From an uncultured delta proteobacterium (GTDB lineage: Bacteria > Myxococcota > Kuafuiibacteriia > Kuafuiibacteriales > Kuafuiibacteriaceae), in contig CAWDML010000001.1 in the NCBI GenBank assembly GCA_963803435.1, positions 928,001-992,000 on the forward strand: 64,000 nt of DNA. The letters run 5' to 3'. Below, one piece after another: positions 9,930 to 19,089 of the stretch; positions within the stretch are counted from its first letter, which is position 1; every line of letters starts with the position of its first letter. Both the position numbers and the translations under genes were made by a program. The notes under the pieces are model-generated. The model saw nothing but the letters and a program-made list of their open reading frames with translations, ran no database searches and was not told the DNA's origin.

Positions 9930-10047
9930 GGTCGCGCTCGATGAGGAGAGCGTTGGGCGATCCCTCCGCCGCCCGGAGCGGCTCGGGCCACGCAGGCTCC
10001 GATTGATCGAGGGTGCGGCCGATGTGTCGATACTCTCTCATGGCCAT
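9930..10047 (-). pseudogene. N-terminal remnant of a second arylsulfatase
   Basis: MAMREYRHIGRTLDQSEPAWPEPLRAAEGSPNALLI resembles an arylsulfatase N-terminus (cf. PKGAPNVLIILIDD in the upstream gene), then similarity stops. Confidence 0.55.
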
Positions 10048-10058
10048 CGAGTCTTCTC

Positions 10059-12449
10059 CTACTGGATCGCCATGCCGAGGCGCAGGCGCGCCTCGGGCGA
10101 GATCAGATGATCGAGATCCTGTGCATCCTTGCCGAGCGCAAGCTCGACCCAGGACACCTCCCCGCTGAACCTCGACTCGCGCTTTGGATAGTCGTAGGTG
10201 ACGGGTGATCCGTACTCCACGCCGACGTCGCAGGTCTCGTCGGCCGAGAAGAGCAACGGTTCGGTCTGATCCACGCGACCCTCCCCGACCTCTTGCCCGT
10301 CGACGTAGAGCGTCACGGTGCCGCCCTTTCCCAGCCCGCCACCGTCGTAGTCGAACTCCATCCGCACCTGATGCGTGCCGGCCGGGATCCTCGACTCCCC
10401 CTCGACCACGTAGCGGTCGAGGCCGAAGAAGTTGTAGCAGTACTTCGGCTTCCCACCCTTGGCGTAGAGGCTCCAGCCGCCGGTGACTCCGCCCTGCGCG
10501 ACAATCACCCCTTCTGCGCCGGACTCGGGGACGATCACCTCGGCAATGACTGCGTGCGACTTGTTCTTGACGTTGACGATCGAGCTCTCCGTGAGCCGGC
10601 CCATCCCACCGAAGAGGAGCTGGCGCTTGCCCCTGATCAGCTGCGGCCGCCCGGCGAGGTCCGGATTCGCGCGCTCGGACATTCGATCATCGAGCGGCAG
10701 GACGTTGTACCTGACCGCCTCGATCAGCCAGAGCCGCTGCAGCTCGTGGAGCTTCTCCGGCATCTCCTTCGCGAGATCCTTCGACTGCGTCCAATCCTCG
10801 AGCGTGTTGTAGAGCTCCCAGACGTCGTCGTCGAACGCGGGCAGATCGACGGCTCCAGTCTCCCAGGGCGTCCGGTGCTTCGTCACGGCCGTCCAGCCCT
10901 GGTGATAGATGCCGCGGTTCCCGAGCATCTCGAAGTACTGCGTCTCGTGGCGGTCGGCGGCCGCCGCGTCGTCGAACGAGTAGAGCATGCTGACACCCTC
11001 GATCGGTCGCTGCTGGACACCATTCACCATCATCGGCTCCGGCAGCATGGCGGCCTCGAGGATCGTCGGTGCCACGTCGATCGCGTGATGGAACTGGCCG
11101 CGGATCTCGCCTCTGGCCTGGATCCCCCTCGGCCAGTGCACAATCATTCCGTTGCGAGTGCCTCCGAAGTGCGAGGCGACCTGCTTCGTCCACTGAAAGG
11201 GCGTGTCCATGGCGTGGGCCCAGCCGACCGCGTAGTGGTTGTAGGACTCCACGCCGCCCAGGTCGTCCAGATGGGAGCTCAGGAACTCCGGAGTCTCCAG
11301 CGCGCCGAAGCCGGTGATCGTCACCATCTCGTTGTACGTCCCCTGCAGCGACCCCTCCGCCGAAGCGCCGTTGTCCCCGATCATCAGAAAGATCAGCGTG
11401 TCGTCGAGAACGCCGAGATCCTCGAGGGCGTCGATGAGCCGGCCGACGTGGTGATCGGTGTGCTCGAGGAAGCCGGCATAGACCTCCATCTCCCGCGCCA
11501 GGACCGGCTTCATCTCCTCCGAGACGTCCTCCCAGGCCGGTATCTCCGGATGCCGCACCGTGAGCTGGCTATCGGCCGGGATGACGCCGAGCTCCTTCTG
11601 CCGCGCGAACGTCTCCTCGCGCAGCGCGTCCCAGCCGGCGTCGAAACGACCTCGGTATCGGTCGGCCCACTCCTTTGGCACGTGGTGCGGTGCGTGCGTC
11701 GCTCCCGGCGCGAAGTAGGTGAAGAACGGCTTGTCCGGCATGAGGGCCTTCTGCTGTCGGATCCATCGGATGGCCTTGGTCGTCATGTCGTCTGTGAAGT
11801 GATAGCCCTGCTCCGGGCTCTTCTCCGGCTCGACCGGCGTCGTGCCCTCGTAGAGCGCCGGGTACCACTGGTTCGTCTCCCCGCCGATGAAGCCGTAGAA
11901 GTACTCGAAGCCACCGCCCCCGGTGGGCCAGGCGTCGAACGGCCCCATCGGGCTCGTCTGCCAGACCGGCACCTCGTGGCACTTGCCGAACTGCGCCGTC
12001 GCGTAGCCGTTGAGCTTCAGCGTCTCTGCGAGCGGTGAGATCGTGTTGGGACGGATCGAGCACTGCCCCGGCGCCGAGGTCGCGAACTCGGTGATCGAGC
12101 CCATCCCGCAGGAGTGGTGGTTGCGCCCGGTCATGAGCGCCATCCGCGTCGGCGAGCAGAGCGCAGTCGTGTGGAAGCGAGTGTAACGGAGGCCGTCGCC
12201 GCCGAGCCGCTCGAAGCTCGGCGTGCGACAGGGCCCACCGAACGCGCTGGAGGCGCCGAATCCGACGTCGTCGATGAGGATGATGAGGACGTTGGGCGCT
12301 CCTTTCGGCGGGCGCAAATCTCTGATCGGTGGATAGTGCGTCGCGGGGTCTCTCGCATCGAAGGTGGTCCCGCCTGCAGGCGGCCGGTCCGGCATCGGAA
12401 GGACGGCTCTATCGAGCTCTGACTTACTCGTTGATCGATCCTTTCGCAT
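10059..12449 (-). CDS. Arylsulfatase (formylglycine-dependent) with C-terminal LamG-like domain
   Basis: PNVLIILIDDVG, sulfatase signature LCSPTRMALMTGR, GKCH and GDNG motifs; probable ATG at 12449. Confidence 0.92.
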   Translation of the reverse strand: MRKDRSTSKSELDRAVLPMPDRPPAGGTTFDARDPATHYPPIRDLRPPKGAPNVLIILIDDVGFGASSAFGGPCRTPSFERLGGDGLRYTRFHTTALCSPTRMALMTGRNHHSCGMGSITEFATSAPGQCSIRPNTISPLAETLKLNGYATAQFGKCHEVPVWQTSPMGPFDAWPTGGGGFEYFYGFIGGETNQWYPALYEGTTPVEPEKSPEQGYHFTDDMTTKAIRWIRQQKALMPDKPFFTYFAPGATHAPHHVPKEWADRYRGRFDAGWDALREETFARQKELGVIPADSQLTVRHPEIPAWEDVSEEMKPVLAREMEVYAGFLEHTDHHVGRLIDALEDLGVLDDTLIFLMIGDNGASAEGSLQGTYNEMVTITGFGALETPEFLSSHLDDLGGVESYNHYAVGWAHAMDTPFQWTKQVASHFGGTRNGMIVHWPRGIQARGEIRGQFHHAIDVAPTILEAAMLPEPMMVNGVQQRPIEGVSMLYSFDDAAAADRHETQYFEMLGNRGIYHQGWTAVTKHRTPWETGAVDLPAFDDDVWELYNTLEDWTQSKDLAKEMPEKLHELQRLWLIEAVRYNVLPLDDRMSERANPDLAGRPQLIRGKRQLLFGGMGRLTESSIVNVKNKSHAVIAEVIVPESGAEGVIVAQGGVTGGWSLYAKGGKPKYCYNFFGLDRYVVEGESRIPAGTHQVRMEFDYDGGGLGKGGTVTLYVDGQEVGEGRVDQTEPLLFSADETCDVGVEYGSPVTYDYPKRESRFSGEVSWVELALGKDAQDLDHLISPEARLRLGMAIQ

Positions 12450-12532
12450 CGTCGAAGAAGCAATCGAGGTGCCACCCCTCGCCTCGGCTCCGGTCTCTCG
12501 GGCATGCCGGTTGCTCGAAGTGAAGGACAGCC

Positions 12533-13507
12533 ATGTCGAAGAGTGATCCGAAGACCTCTCCCTGCTGCGCCCTCTCGCGCATGGGGGTCGCGACTCGCCC
12601 GGCGCGGGGAAAGAAGCGCAGAGCCCGTGCACGAAGAGCCGCCCCCTCGGCGCAAGGGATGGTGGACCTGCCCGGCGACCGCTTCTGGATGGGAACGGAC
12701 GCCGCCGACGGGTTTCCGGACGACGGCGAGGGACCGATCCACGAGGTGCGGCTGGGCCCATTCCTGGTCGACGCTTGCGCCGTCACGAACGCGCAGTTCG
12801 CCGGGTTCGTGAAGCAGACGAGCTACGTCACCGATGCGGAGCGGTACGGCTGGTCGTTCGTCTTTCACCTCCTGCTCCCGGACGACTTTCCGCCGACGCG
12901 CGGGGTTGCCTGCGCGCCGTGGTGGCGTCAGGTCGAAGGGGCGCGCTGGTCTCGACCGGAGGGGCCGGGATCCTCGCTTCGGGATCGCGGGGATCATCCG
13001 GTCGTGCACGTCTCATGGAACGACGCCACGCAGTACGCGCGGTGGGCCGGCAAGCGCCTTCCGACCGAGGCGGAGTGGGAATATGCGGCGCGCGGCGGGC
13101 TGGTACAGGCGCGCTTCCCTTGGGGGGACGAGCTGACGCCGGAGGGGATGCACCGCTGCAACATCTGGCAGGGCACCTTTCCGGTCGAGAACACGCTCGA
13201 CGACGGCTACCTCGGGACCGCGCCGGCTCGGAGCTACCCGCCGAACGGCTTCGGTCTCTACAACAGCTCCGGTAATGTATGGGAGTGGTGCTCCGACTGG
13301 TTCAGCGCAGAGTCCTACCAGAGCAATGAGCGCCTCGATCCGAAGGGCCCGCGCGACGGCACCGCCCGCGTGATCCGCGGCGGCTCCTATCTCTGTCACG
13401 AGTCTTACTGCAACCGCTATCGCGTCGCGGCGCGATCGAGCAGCACCCCGGACAGCTCGACGGGCAACATGGGCTTTCGCTGCGTAGGCGCCGTTTCCAA
13501 GCGCTGA
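12533..13507 (+). CDS. Formylglycine-generating enzyme (SUMF1/FGE)
   Basis: RLPTEAEWEYAARGG, GNVWEW and RGGSYLCHESYCNRYRVAAR (both catalytic Cys present); divergent from the sulfatase. Confidence 0.92.
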   Translation: MSKSDPKTSPCCALSRMGVATRPARGKKRRARARRAAPSAQGMVDLPGDRFWMGTDAADGFPDDGEGPIHEVRLGPFLVDACAVTNAQFAGFVKQTSYVTDAERYGWSFVFHLLLPDDFPPTRGVACAPWWRQVEGARWSRPEGPGSSLRDRGDHPVVHVSWNDATQYARWAGKRLPTEAEWEYAARGGLVQARFPWGDELTPEGMHRCNIWQGTFPVENTLDDGYLGTAPARSYPPNGFGLYNSSGNVWEWCSDWFSAESYQSNERLDPKGPRDGTARVIRGGSYLCHESYCNRYRVAARSSSTPDSSTGNMGFRCVGAVSKR

Positions 13508-13561
13508 GCCCGTGACTCATGCGGAGGCCGATCCCAGCCCGGCGGGTGATACGCTCCGCGC

Positions 13562-14542
13562 ATGCGCACCGTCGCCACGCAGGCCCGAGCCCTCGCGATC
13601 CCGATCCTCGGCATCCTCGCCGGCGCCTGTGCCACGGCACCTCGACGGCTGATCTACGAGACCATCCCGTCGCGGGCCGTCCACGCCAAGGAGACCTATG
13701 CAGTCTACTTGCCGCCGCGGTTCGATTCGGCGGAGCAGCTGCCGCTGGTGGTGTTCCTTCACGGCGGGGGAGACGGTGCCGATTGCTTCGACGAGGCCGG
13801 GGTCGGTCCGATCCTCGACGCCGCGATCGCGGCTGGGACCATGCCGCGGGTGGTGATCCTGGTACCCGACGGCGACCTCGGCTTCTGGGAGAACTGGTAC
13901 GACCGCTCGGCTCACTGGCGCGACATGGTGATGCACGAGCTCCTTCCGCGGGTCCGCGACCAGTACCGGACCGCGCCCTGCCCGGCGGGCTGTCACGTCA
14001 TGGGGATCTCGATGGGAGGTCACGGCGCGCTCCGCTTCGCGCAGCTCGAGCATCGCTCCTTCGCGTCGGCCACCATCATCAGCGGCGCGATCCTCGATAC
14101 CGACAAGATGATCGAGTTCTCGCAGAGCTTCCTGGTGAAGCTGTTCGTCCCGGTCGAGCGGATCTGGGGTCCGACGGACCACCGGGCCCGGATCGCGGAG
14201 CAAGACATCTTCCTGAGATGGCGCGGGCCCGCCGATCTGAAGGGCGTGCGGCTCCAGCTCGCCTGGGGAGACGCGGATCGAGGCGGCATTGCGGAGGCGA
14301 ACCAGCGCTTCGCCGCGCATCTGGATGCACACCACATCCCCTATCGGAAGCTGATCTTTCCCGGCGGCCACAAGTGGACCTCGTGGGCACCGGTCCTCCC
14401 CGAGCTGATCGCGCGGGCGGTGGCACCCCGCCCTCGTGCTTCGCCACTTGCCGCAAGCCCCCGTGTCTCGCAGAAGCTGGAAGTGGAAGAGGGTCGGGTC
14501 GATCGTCCGGCCGGCCACGAACAGCCGAAGTCGGCGTCGTAG
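13562..14542 (+). CDS. Esterase, alpha/beta hydrolase (probable lipoprotein)
   Basis: Lipobox LAGAC; VYLPP, FLHGGG, nucleophile elbow GISMGG and GGHKW motifs. Confidence 0.8.
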   Translation: MRTVATQARALAIPILGILAGACATAPRRLIYETIPSRAVHAKETYAVYLPPRFDSAEQLPLVVFLHGGGDGADCFDEAGVGPILDAAIAAGTMPRVVILVPDGDLGFWENWYDRSAHWRDMVMHELLPRVRDQYRTAPCPAGCHVMGISMGGHGALRFAQLEHRSFASATIISGAILDTDKMIEFSQSFLVKLFVPVERIWGPTDHRARIAEQDIFLRWRGPADLKGVRLQLAWGDADRGGIAEANQRFAAHLDAHHIPYRKLIFPGGHKWTSWAPVLPELIARAVAPRPRASPLAASPRVSQKLEVEEGRVDRPAGHEQPKSAS

Positions 14543-14596
14543 TCGTTGTCATTCTCCACTCCGTTGGCGCCGGTCGTCGTGTCCGTGATCAGCGGG

Positions 14597-15736
14597 TCAA
14601 GGCGCTGGGGGCCCGCGGTCCAGGACCTCGAGCTCCTTGCTGGGGCGCTTGAAGCTCAGACTCGCGGCCCACAGAAACGGCGCAGCGAACAACATCATGA
14701 TCAGCGCCCCAAAGGTGCTCTTGCCGGCAGTGGCGAGCGCCGCGAAGAAGAGGAGGAGGCCGAGGGGGCCGAGCGTGGCGGTCATGATCCCGCGGGTGAG
14801 CGGCCCCAGGCCGTAGACCTCGCGTCGCGCCGGCACGCGGTGCCGGAGCGGCGCCGGCTCAGGGGCCACCAGCTCCCTCGGCTCGGAGAGGATCTTCTGG
14901 ATCCGCTCTCGGACTCGTGTTGCCGAGGACTCGCGCTGCCTCGGATCCATCTGCAGCAGATCCGAGAGCAAGCGCTGGGTCTCGCGACGGGCCACCACCG
15001 CGCCCTCCCACGCGAGCTTACCGTCGAGGCCCATCAACGTCGCCGGGTCGCGCCGGGAGAGGAGGCCGACCAAGAGCGCTCCGAGGGCGTAAAGGTCGGT
15101 CGCCGGGTGCGCCTCGCCGCGAAACTGCTCGGGGGCCATGAAACCGTACGTGCCGGCGATCGTGCTGCCGCCGTGCTCGGACATCTGGACCACCTCCGCC
15201 ACCGCGCCGAAGTCGATCAACACGAGCGTCTCGTCTGCGCTCCTTCGCATCACGTTGGCCGGCTTTAGATCGCGATGAATGACTGGCGGCGCGAGCTGGT
15301 GGAGGTACTCGAGGATCGACGCGATCTCGTCGACGATCTCCAAGATCTGCACCTCGTTGAGGCGCCGCCGCTCGAGCTCATCGCGCAGCGTCTTGCCCTC
15401 GATGAACTCCTGCACCAGGTACAGTGCCCGGTGCTTCCCTTGGCCGTGCTCGAACGCTTCGAGAAAGCGAGGGATCGCGGAGTGCTCCAGCTGCTCGAGC
15501 ACCGCCGCCTCGCGCCGGATGAGCTCGTACCCCTTGGCACTCGGCGCGTGGCGGTAGGCCAGCTCCTTGATGGCGACGGTGCGGGAGTCGGCCAGCGCGG
15601 TCGCGCGGTAAGTGATGCCTTTGGCGCCACGGCCGACGATCGCCTCCAGCCGGTAGCGCGCGTCGAGGAGCGGCGGCCTGCCACAGCTCGCGCAGGGCTC
15701 GATCTCGGTTGCCGCTCCGCACCCGGCACAGATCAT
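14597..15736 (-). CDS. Ser/Thr protein kinase with C-terminal TM helices
   Basis: VAIKEL, HRDLKPAN, IDFG and GTYGFMAPE motifs; N-terminal CxxC...CxxC. Confidence 0.9.
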   Translation of the reverse strand: MICAGCGAATEIEPCASCGRPPLLDARYRLEAIVGRGAKGITYRATALADSRTVAIKELAYRHAPSAKGYELIRREAAVLEQLEHSAIPRFLEAFEHGQGKHRALYLVQEFIEGKTLRDELERRRLNEVQILEIVDEIASILEYLHQLAPPVIHRDLKPANVMRRSADETLVLIDFGAVAEVVQMSEHGGSTIAGTYGFMAPEQFRGEAHPATDLYALGALLVGLLSRRDPATLMGLDGKLAWEGAVVARRETQRLLSDLLQMDPRQRESSATRVRERIQKILSEPRELVAPEPAPLRHRVPARREVYGLGPLTRGIMTATLGPLGLLLFFAALATAGKSTFGALIMMLFAAPFLWAASLSFKRPSKELEVLDRGPPAP

Positions 15737-15746
15737 CGGGCCCGAT

Positions 15747-16100
15747 ACTATCTGTTTTGTTGGGGTCGAGCTCGAGGAGGCTCAACGCCCGCGTCGAGGG
15801 CCTCATCCCGGGCGGTTTCGTCGCTCGGAAAGGCCACCCGATCGCACGTTCCTCTGTCTCGCAAGAATGGGTTGAGGAGACGCTGCTCCGGATCGAGATC
15901 GTGCCGGCGCTCCCAGAATCGATCGAGGTTCTCGCCGTATCCGCGGGCCGCGTGCCAGGGGTTGAAGATCTCCTTGCCCCAATGGGCCGACCGCTGAAGG
16001 CGGACTCCATCTTCTGATGGAATTCACTCTGAAAGAGACCTCGCTGTCTGTTGCCTGTGAAGCACCCAATGTCCGGCGGGAGGAGGAGCCCTCATGCTCC
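15747..16100 (-). pseudogene. C-terminal remnant of an FAD-linked oxidase (ALO-type)
   Basis: Joining frames at a 1-nt deletion (~15985) gives ...EFHQKMESAFSGRP|HWGKEIFNP...LDRFWERRHDLDPEQRLLNPFL. There is an upstream in-frame stop and no FAD-binding N-terminus. Confidence 0.55.
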
Positions 16101-16250
16101 CGGCCTGCGCGGTCACGGAACGCCGAGCGCCCAGGAGCGGAACGGGTCGACGGTCGGCCCGCACGGCTCGAGCCCGATCCGCTGTGGACCGCGGGTCACG
16201 TCTGTTCGCCCGACACCCATCACGCAGCACCTCGCGCAACCTTGGGCGCG

Positions 16251-17882
16251 ATGGGCAAGACACCTTTCGCCCGGCGCTGGTCGGTCCGTCTCTTGGTCGG
16301 CGTCTCCACGCTCCTCTCTGCCGACACCGCGCTCGCCCAATGGACCGCGGTCGCGCCCGGGATCGATCGCATGTCCCGAACCGACCCGGGTCCCCGGACG
16401 ATCGACGCGCTCCGCATCAACCTCTGTGAGCCGGGCGTTCGCCTCCGTGCCACGACCTACGCTGAGCGAGGCCAACGAACCTCCGCATGGGCCGCCGACC
16501 AAGGCGCCGTCGCCGCGACCAACGGCGGATACTTTCTTTTCGGCAGTTTCGAGCCCGACAATGGCGTCGCTGCCGGCGGCGGTTCCGCCTGGCCGACCTC
16601 CACGAACAGCGCCGTGCGCGGCATGTTCGCGGTAGGCCGCAATCAGCTCTTCCACGCCCACGCCTGGGAGACGATCCCCCTCCCAGCTTGGACCCAGGAA
16701 GCCGTCAACGGCGACGCCACGCTGGTCGACGGCGGCGCCGCCGTCGATTGTGGCGGATGCGGCGGAGGGCGCGCGCCACGAACGGCGGTGGGCTATACGA
16801 GTGATCGGCGGACGGTCTATCTCGTCACGGTCGACGGCCGCACCTCCAGCAGCATCGGAATGACCATCGACGAGCTGGCGGGGTTGATGGCCGGCTTCGG
16901 CGTCGAGCGCGCCATGAACCTCGACGGCGGCGGATCAACGACGATGTGGGTCGAGGGGATCGGCGTCATCAACGCCCCGAGCGACGGCTCCGAGCGCGTC
17001 GTCAGCAACCACCTGGGCGTCTTCTACGAAGAAGGCCAGCCGGCACAACAATGCCCCGACGCCTGCCAGAGCATCCCCTCGGTGGGCGGCACCATCGAAC
17101 AGGACGATCCCTGCTTCGAGACCTTCGGCCCCAGCAAGTGGTGGCGCTACGCGAGCGCAGGACAGAGCGGGCTGATCTGGACCAACGCGTTTCAGTCCGC
17201 CGACCCCAGCAACTGGGCCCGCTGGGACCTGAACCTCCAGGCGGCCCAGCCCATGCGCGTCGACGTCTATATCGACCCGACCTGGGGCGTCTTCTCGGCC
17301 GCCCACTACCGAGTGCGTGCCGGCGGCGCGGAGACAGACGTCTTCATCGACCAAGGTGCCGCGAGCGGTTGGACCGAGCTCGGAGAGTTCGACTTCGCTG
17401 CCGGTGGCGACGAGTGGGTCAGCGTCTACGACAACACGCCTAACGCGCCTGGCGGCGATCAGCACATCGCGATTGATGCGCTCAGGATCGTGCCGATCGA
17501 CCCGGGCTGCAGGGACGATACGGACTGCGACTCCGGCCAGATCTGCGACGCGGGTGAGTGCATCGAGGCTCCACCCGCCCAGGACGCCGGTGTGGAGAAC
17601 GATGCCGGCCTCTCGGAGAGCGACGCGGCGCTCCCTCCCGCCGACGCCGGCCCGCCCGCTGGTGAAGATGCATCCGCCGGCACGCCGGATGTAGGCCCGA
17701 CCCCTGACGCGGCTGGGGCGACCAAAGACGTCGAGGGCAGCGGTTCTGGATGCGCGTGCGTCCGAGACCAGCGCAGGCACCCCGGCCTCCCGCTGCTCGC
17801 GCTGATCGCGATCGGCCTCATGGGATGGCGGGCTCTTCTGCCGGACCAGAAGGGCTGTCGCCGGATCAAAACCAGCTCGTGA
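16251..17882 (+). CDS. Secreted phosphodiester glycosidase (NAGPA family) with a carbohydrate-binding-like domain and MYXO-CTERM-like tail
   Basis: Signal peptide; NGGYF, APRTAVG, VDGR and AMNLDGGGST motifs; DAG-rich linker; GCAC followed by a TM tail. Confidence 0.8.
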   Translation: MGKTPFARRWSVRLLVGVSTLLSADTALAQWTAVAPGIDRMSRTDPGPRTIDALRINLCEPGVRLRATTYAERGQRTSAWAADQGAVAATNGGYFLFGSFEPDNGVAAGGGSAWPTSTNSAVRGMFAVGRNQLFHAHAWETIPLPAWTQEAVNGDATLVDGGAAVDCGGCGGGRAPRTAVGYTSDRRTVYLVTVDGRTSSSIGMTIDELAGLMAGFGVERAMNLDGGGSTTMWVEGIGVINAPSDGSERVVSNHLGVFYEEGQPAQQCPDACQSIPSVGGTIEQDDPCFETFGPSKWWRYASAGQSGLIWTNAFQSADPSNWARWDLNLQAAQPMRVDVYIDPTWGVFSAAHYRVRAGGAETDVFIDQGAASGWTELGEFDFAAGGDEWVSVYDNTPNAPGGDQHIAIDALRIVPIDPGCRDDTDCDSGQICDAGECIEAPPAQDAGVENDAGLSESDAALPPADAGPPAGEDASAGTPDVGPTPDAAGATKDVEGSGSGCACVRDQRRHPGLPLLALIAIGLMGWRALLPDQKGCRRIKTSS

Positions 17883-17902
17883 TGGCGTCCCAAGCTTTCC
17901 TC

Positions 17903-18217
17903 TCAGTGCTTCCAGGGGACCTCGAACATCCGCGTCCACTCCTCATCGTCGATCGGCGGCGGCGAAGGCGGCGCCGTGGGAGGGCGGACCGCTGCGGTGC
18001 GAATCGCCTGAAAGACCAGCCCGGCGAACCAGCGAGACAGCGCAGCCTGGTACTCGCGCAGCGCCTCGAACGCCTTGCCGTGGCCGAGCGCGTCGATCAG
18101 CGCCGCGTCGGTGTGGTGGCTCAGCACGTCGATCTCCGCCGGGACGCGGCGGAGGATCCGATCGACGTGATGCCAGAGGTCCGGTTCGAGGATCGTCTTG
18201 AACTCGGGGACGCTCAT
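17903..18217 (-). CDS. Hypothetical protein
   Basis: 104 aa; ATGA overlap with the upstream 78-aa gene. Confidence 0.55.
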   Translation of the reverse strand: MSVPEFKTILEPDLWHHVDRILRRVPAEIDVLSHHTDAALIDALGHGKAFEALREYQAALSRWFAGLVFQAIRTAAVRPPTAPPSPPPIDDEEWTRMFEVPWKH

Positions 18218-18450
18218 CCGCCCCGCTCACCCAGGACACCGCGGATGTTTCGATCCTCGGCCTGGTGGAGCGTCTTCGCGATCATCATCCAGGTCTCGTT
18301 CTGATCGGAGAGCTCACGCACTCGGCGTGCGTCGTGCTCCATCCCCTGGTTCGAGGGGTCGCCGATCCTCGGAACGCGCTGTTCGATCTCCCGGTTGTTG
18401 CGCTGCATCCACTGGTAGATCCAGCTCATCACTTTGCTGACGGTATCCAT
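18214..18450 (-). CDS. Small helical protein, possibly needle/pilin-like
   Basis: AAGGAGG RBS, ATG at 18450; 78 aa ending WMMIAKTLHQAEDRNIRGVLGERGG. Confidence 0.6.
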   Translation of the reverse strand: MDTVSKVMSWIYQWMQRNNREIEQRVPRIGDPSNQGMEHDARRVRELSDQNETWMMIAKTLHQAEDRNIRGVLGERGG

Positions 18451-18487
18451 GATCTGTTTCTCCTCCTTCGTGGTCGCGTGTCGCCGT

Positions 18488-18503
18488 ACCAAGAAGCGTG
18501 CCT
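18488..18503 (-). promoter_or_regulatory. Sigma54-like -24/-12 element
   Basis: AGGCACGCTTCTTGGT (GG-N10-GG variant), back-to-back with the + strand element. Confidence 0.35.
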
Positions 18504-18519
18504 GGCGCGGATGTTGAAC
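18503..18519 (+). promoter_or_regulatory. Sigma54-like -24/-12 element
   Basis: TGGCGCGGATGTTGAAC; the same TGGC-N6-GTTGAAC motif recurs at 18821. Confidence 0.5.
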
Positions 18520-18545
18520 CGGGCTCCGCGCGAAAGGAGCCACTC

Positions 18546-18749
18546 ATGATCAAGACGATTCTTCCACCGCCTCCGCCTCCCACCGATCGCGCACCGGAGG
18601 AGCCGCTCGGCGCCGAACCCGCGTTCGAAGATCTCGAGGCCTGGGGACGCGAGATCCGCATTCGCGAGGACCATCGCACCATCGAGAGCGCGGCGGACGC
18701 CTATCACCACCGAACGCAGCAGGCCGGGATCAAGGCGTTCCTCTCCTGA
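18546..18749 (+). CDS. 67-aa protein, paralog of 18867-19070
   Basis: GAAAGGAGC RBS; aligns without gaps to the next ORF. Confidence 0.7.
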   Translation: MIKTILPPPPPPTDRAPEEPLGAEPAFEDLEAWGREIRIREDHRTIESAADAYHHRTQQAGIKAFLS

Positions 18750-18820
18750 AGCGTCCGTCCGCACGAACAGGTGTTCGGCGCGACGAACGGCTCGAGGGCC
18801 GCATCGAGACGCGCGCACGC

Positions 18821-18837
18821 TGGCATCGAAGTTGAAC
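18821..18837 (+). promoter_or_regulatory. Sigma54-like -24/-12 element
   Basis: TGGCATCGAAGTTGAAC, 30 nt upstream of ATG 18867. Confidence 0.5.
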
Positions 18838-18866
18838 TGGAGCGGCCACGAAAGGAGCTACGAATC

Positions 18867-19070
18867 ATGGCAGGCACAAACCCCGTTACCACCACCCCGG
18901 CTACGAACCTTCAGACCTCTCAGGAGGAGCTGAGCACGACCGCGCTCGAGGGCCTCGATCAGGAGATCCGTCGGAACCGCGAGGTCCAGGACTTCCGCAC
19001 GCAGGTCAACGCGGCCCAGAAGTACACCCACCAGCAGACGGTCCAGCGGGCCGCTGAGTGGACACGCTGA
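18867..19070 (+). CDS. 67-aa protein, possible pilin/needle-like subunit
   Basis: GAAAGGAGC RBS; T/P/N-rich N-terminus and helical C-terminus. Confidence 0.7.
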   Translation: MAGTNPVTTTPATNLQTSQEELSTTALEGLDQEIRRNREVQDFRTQVNAAQKYTHQQTVQRAAEWTR

Positions 19071-19089
19071 AGCAGGGAGGGACCGACAG

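Noticed and set aside
9426-9930. Lower-GC intergenic region as an ncRNA or riboswitch
   Set aside because: No recognisable conserved structure; it is most simply the promoter region of the PKS/FAS operon.
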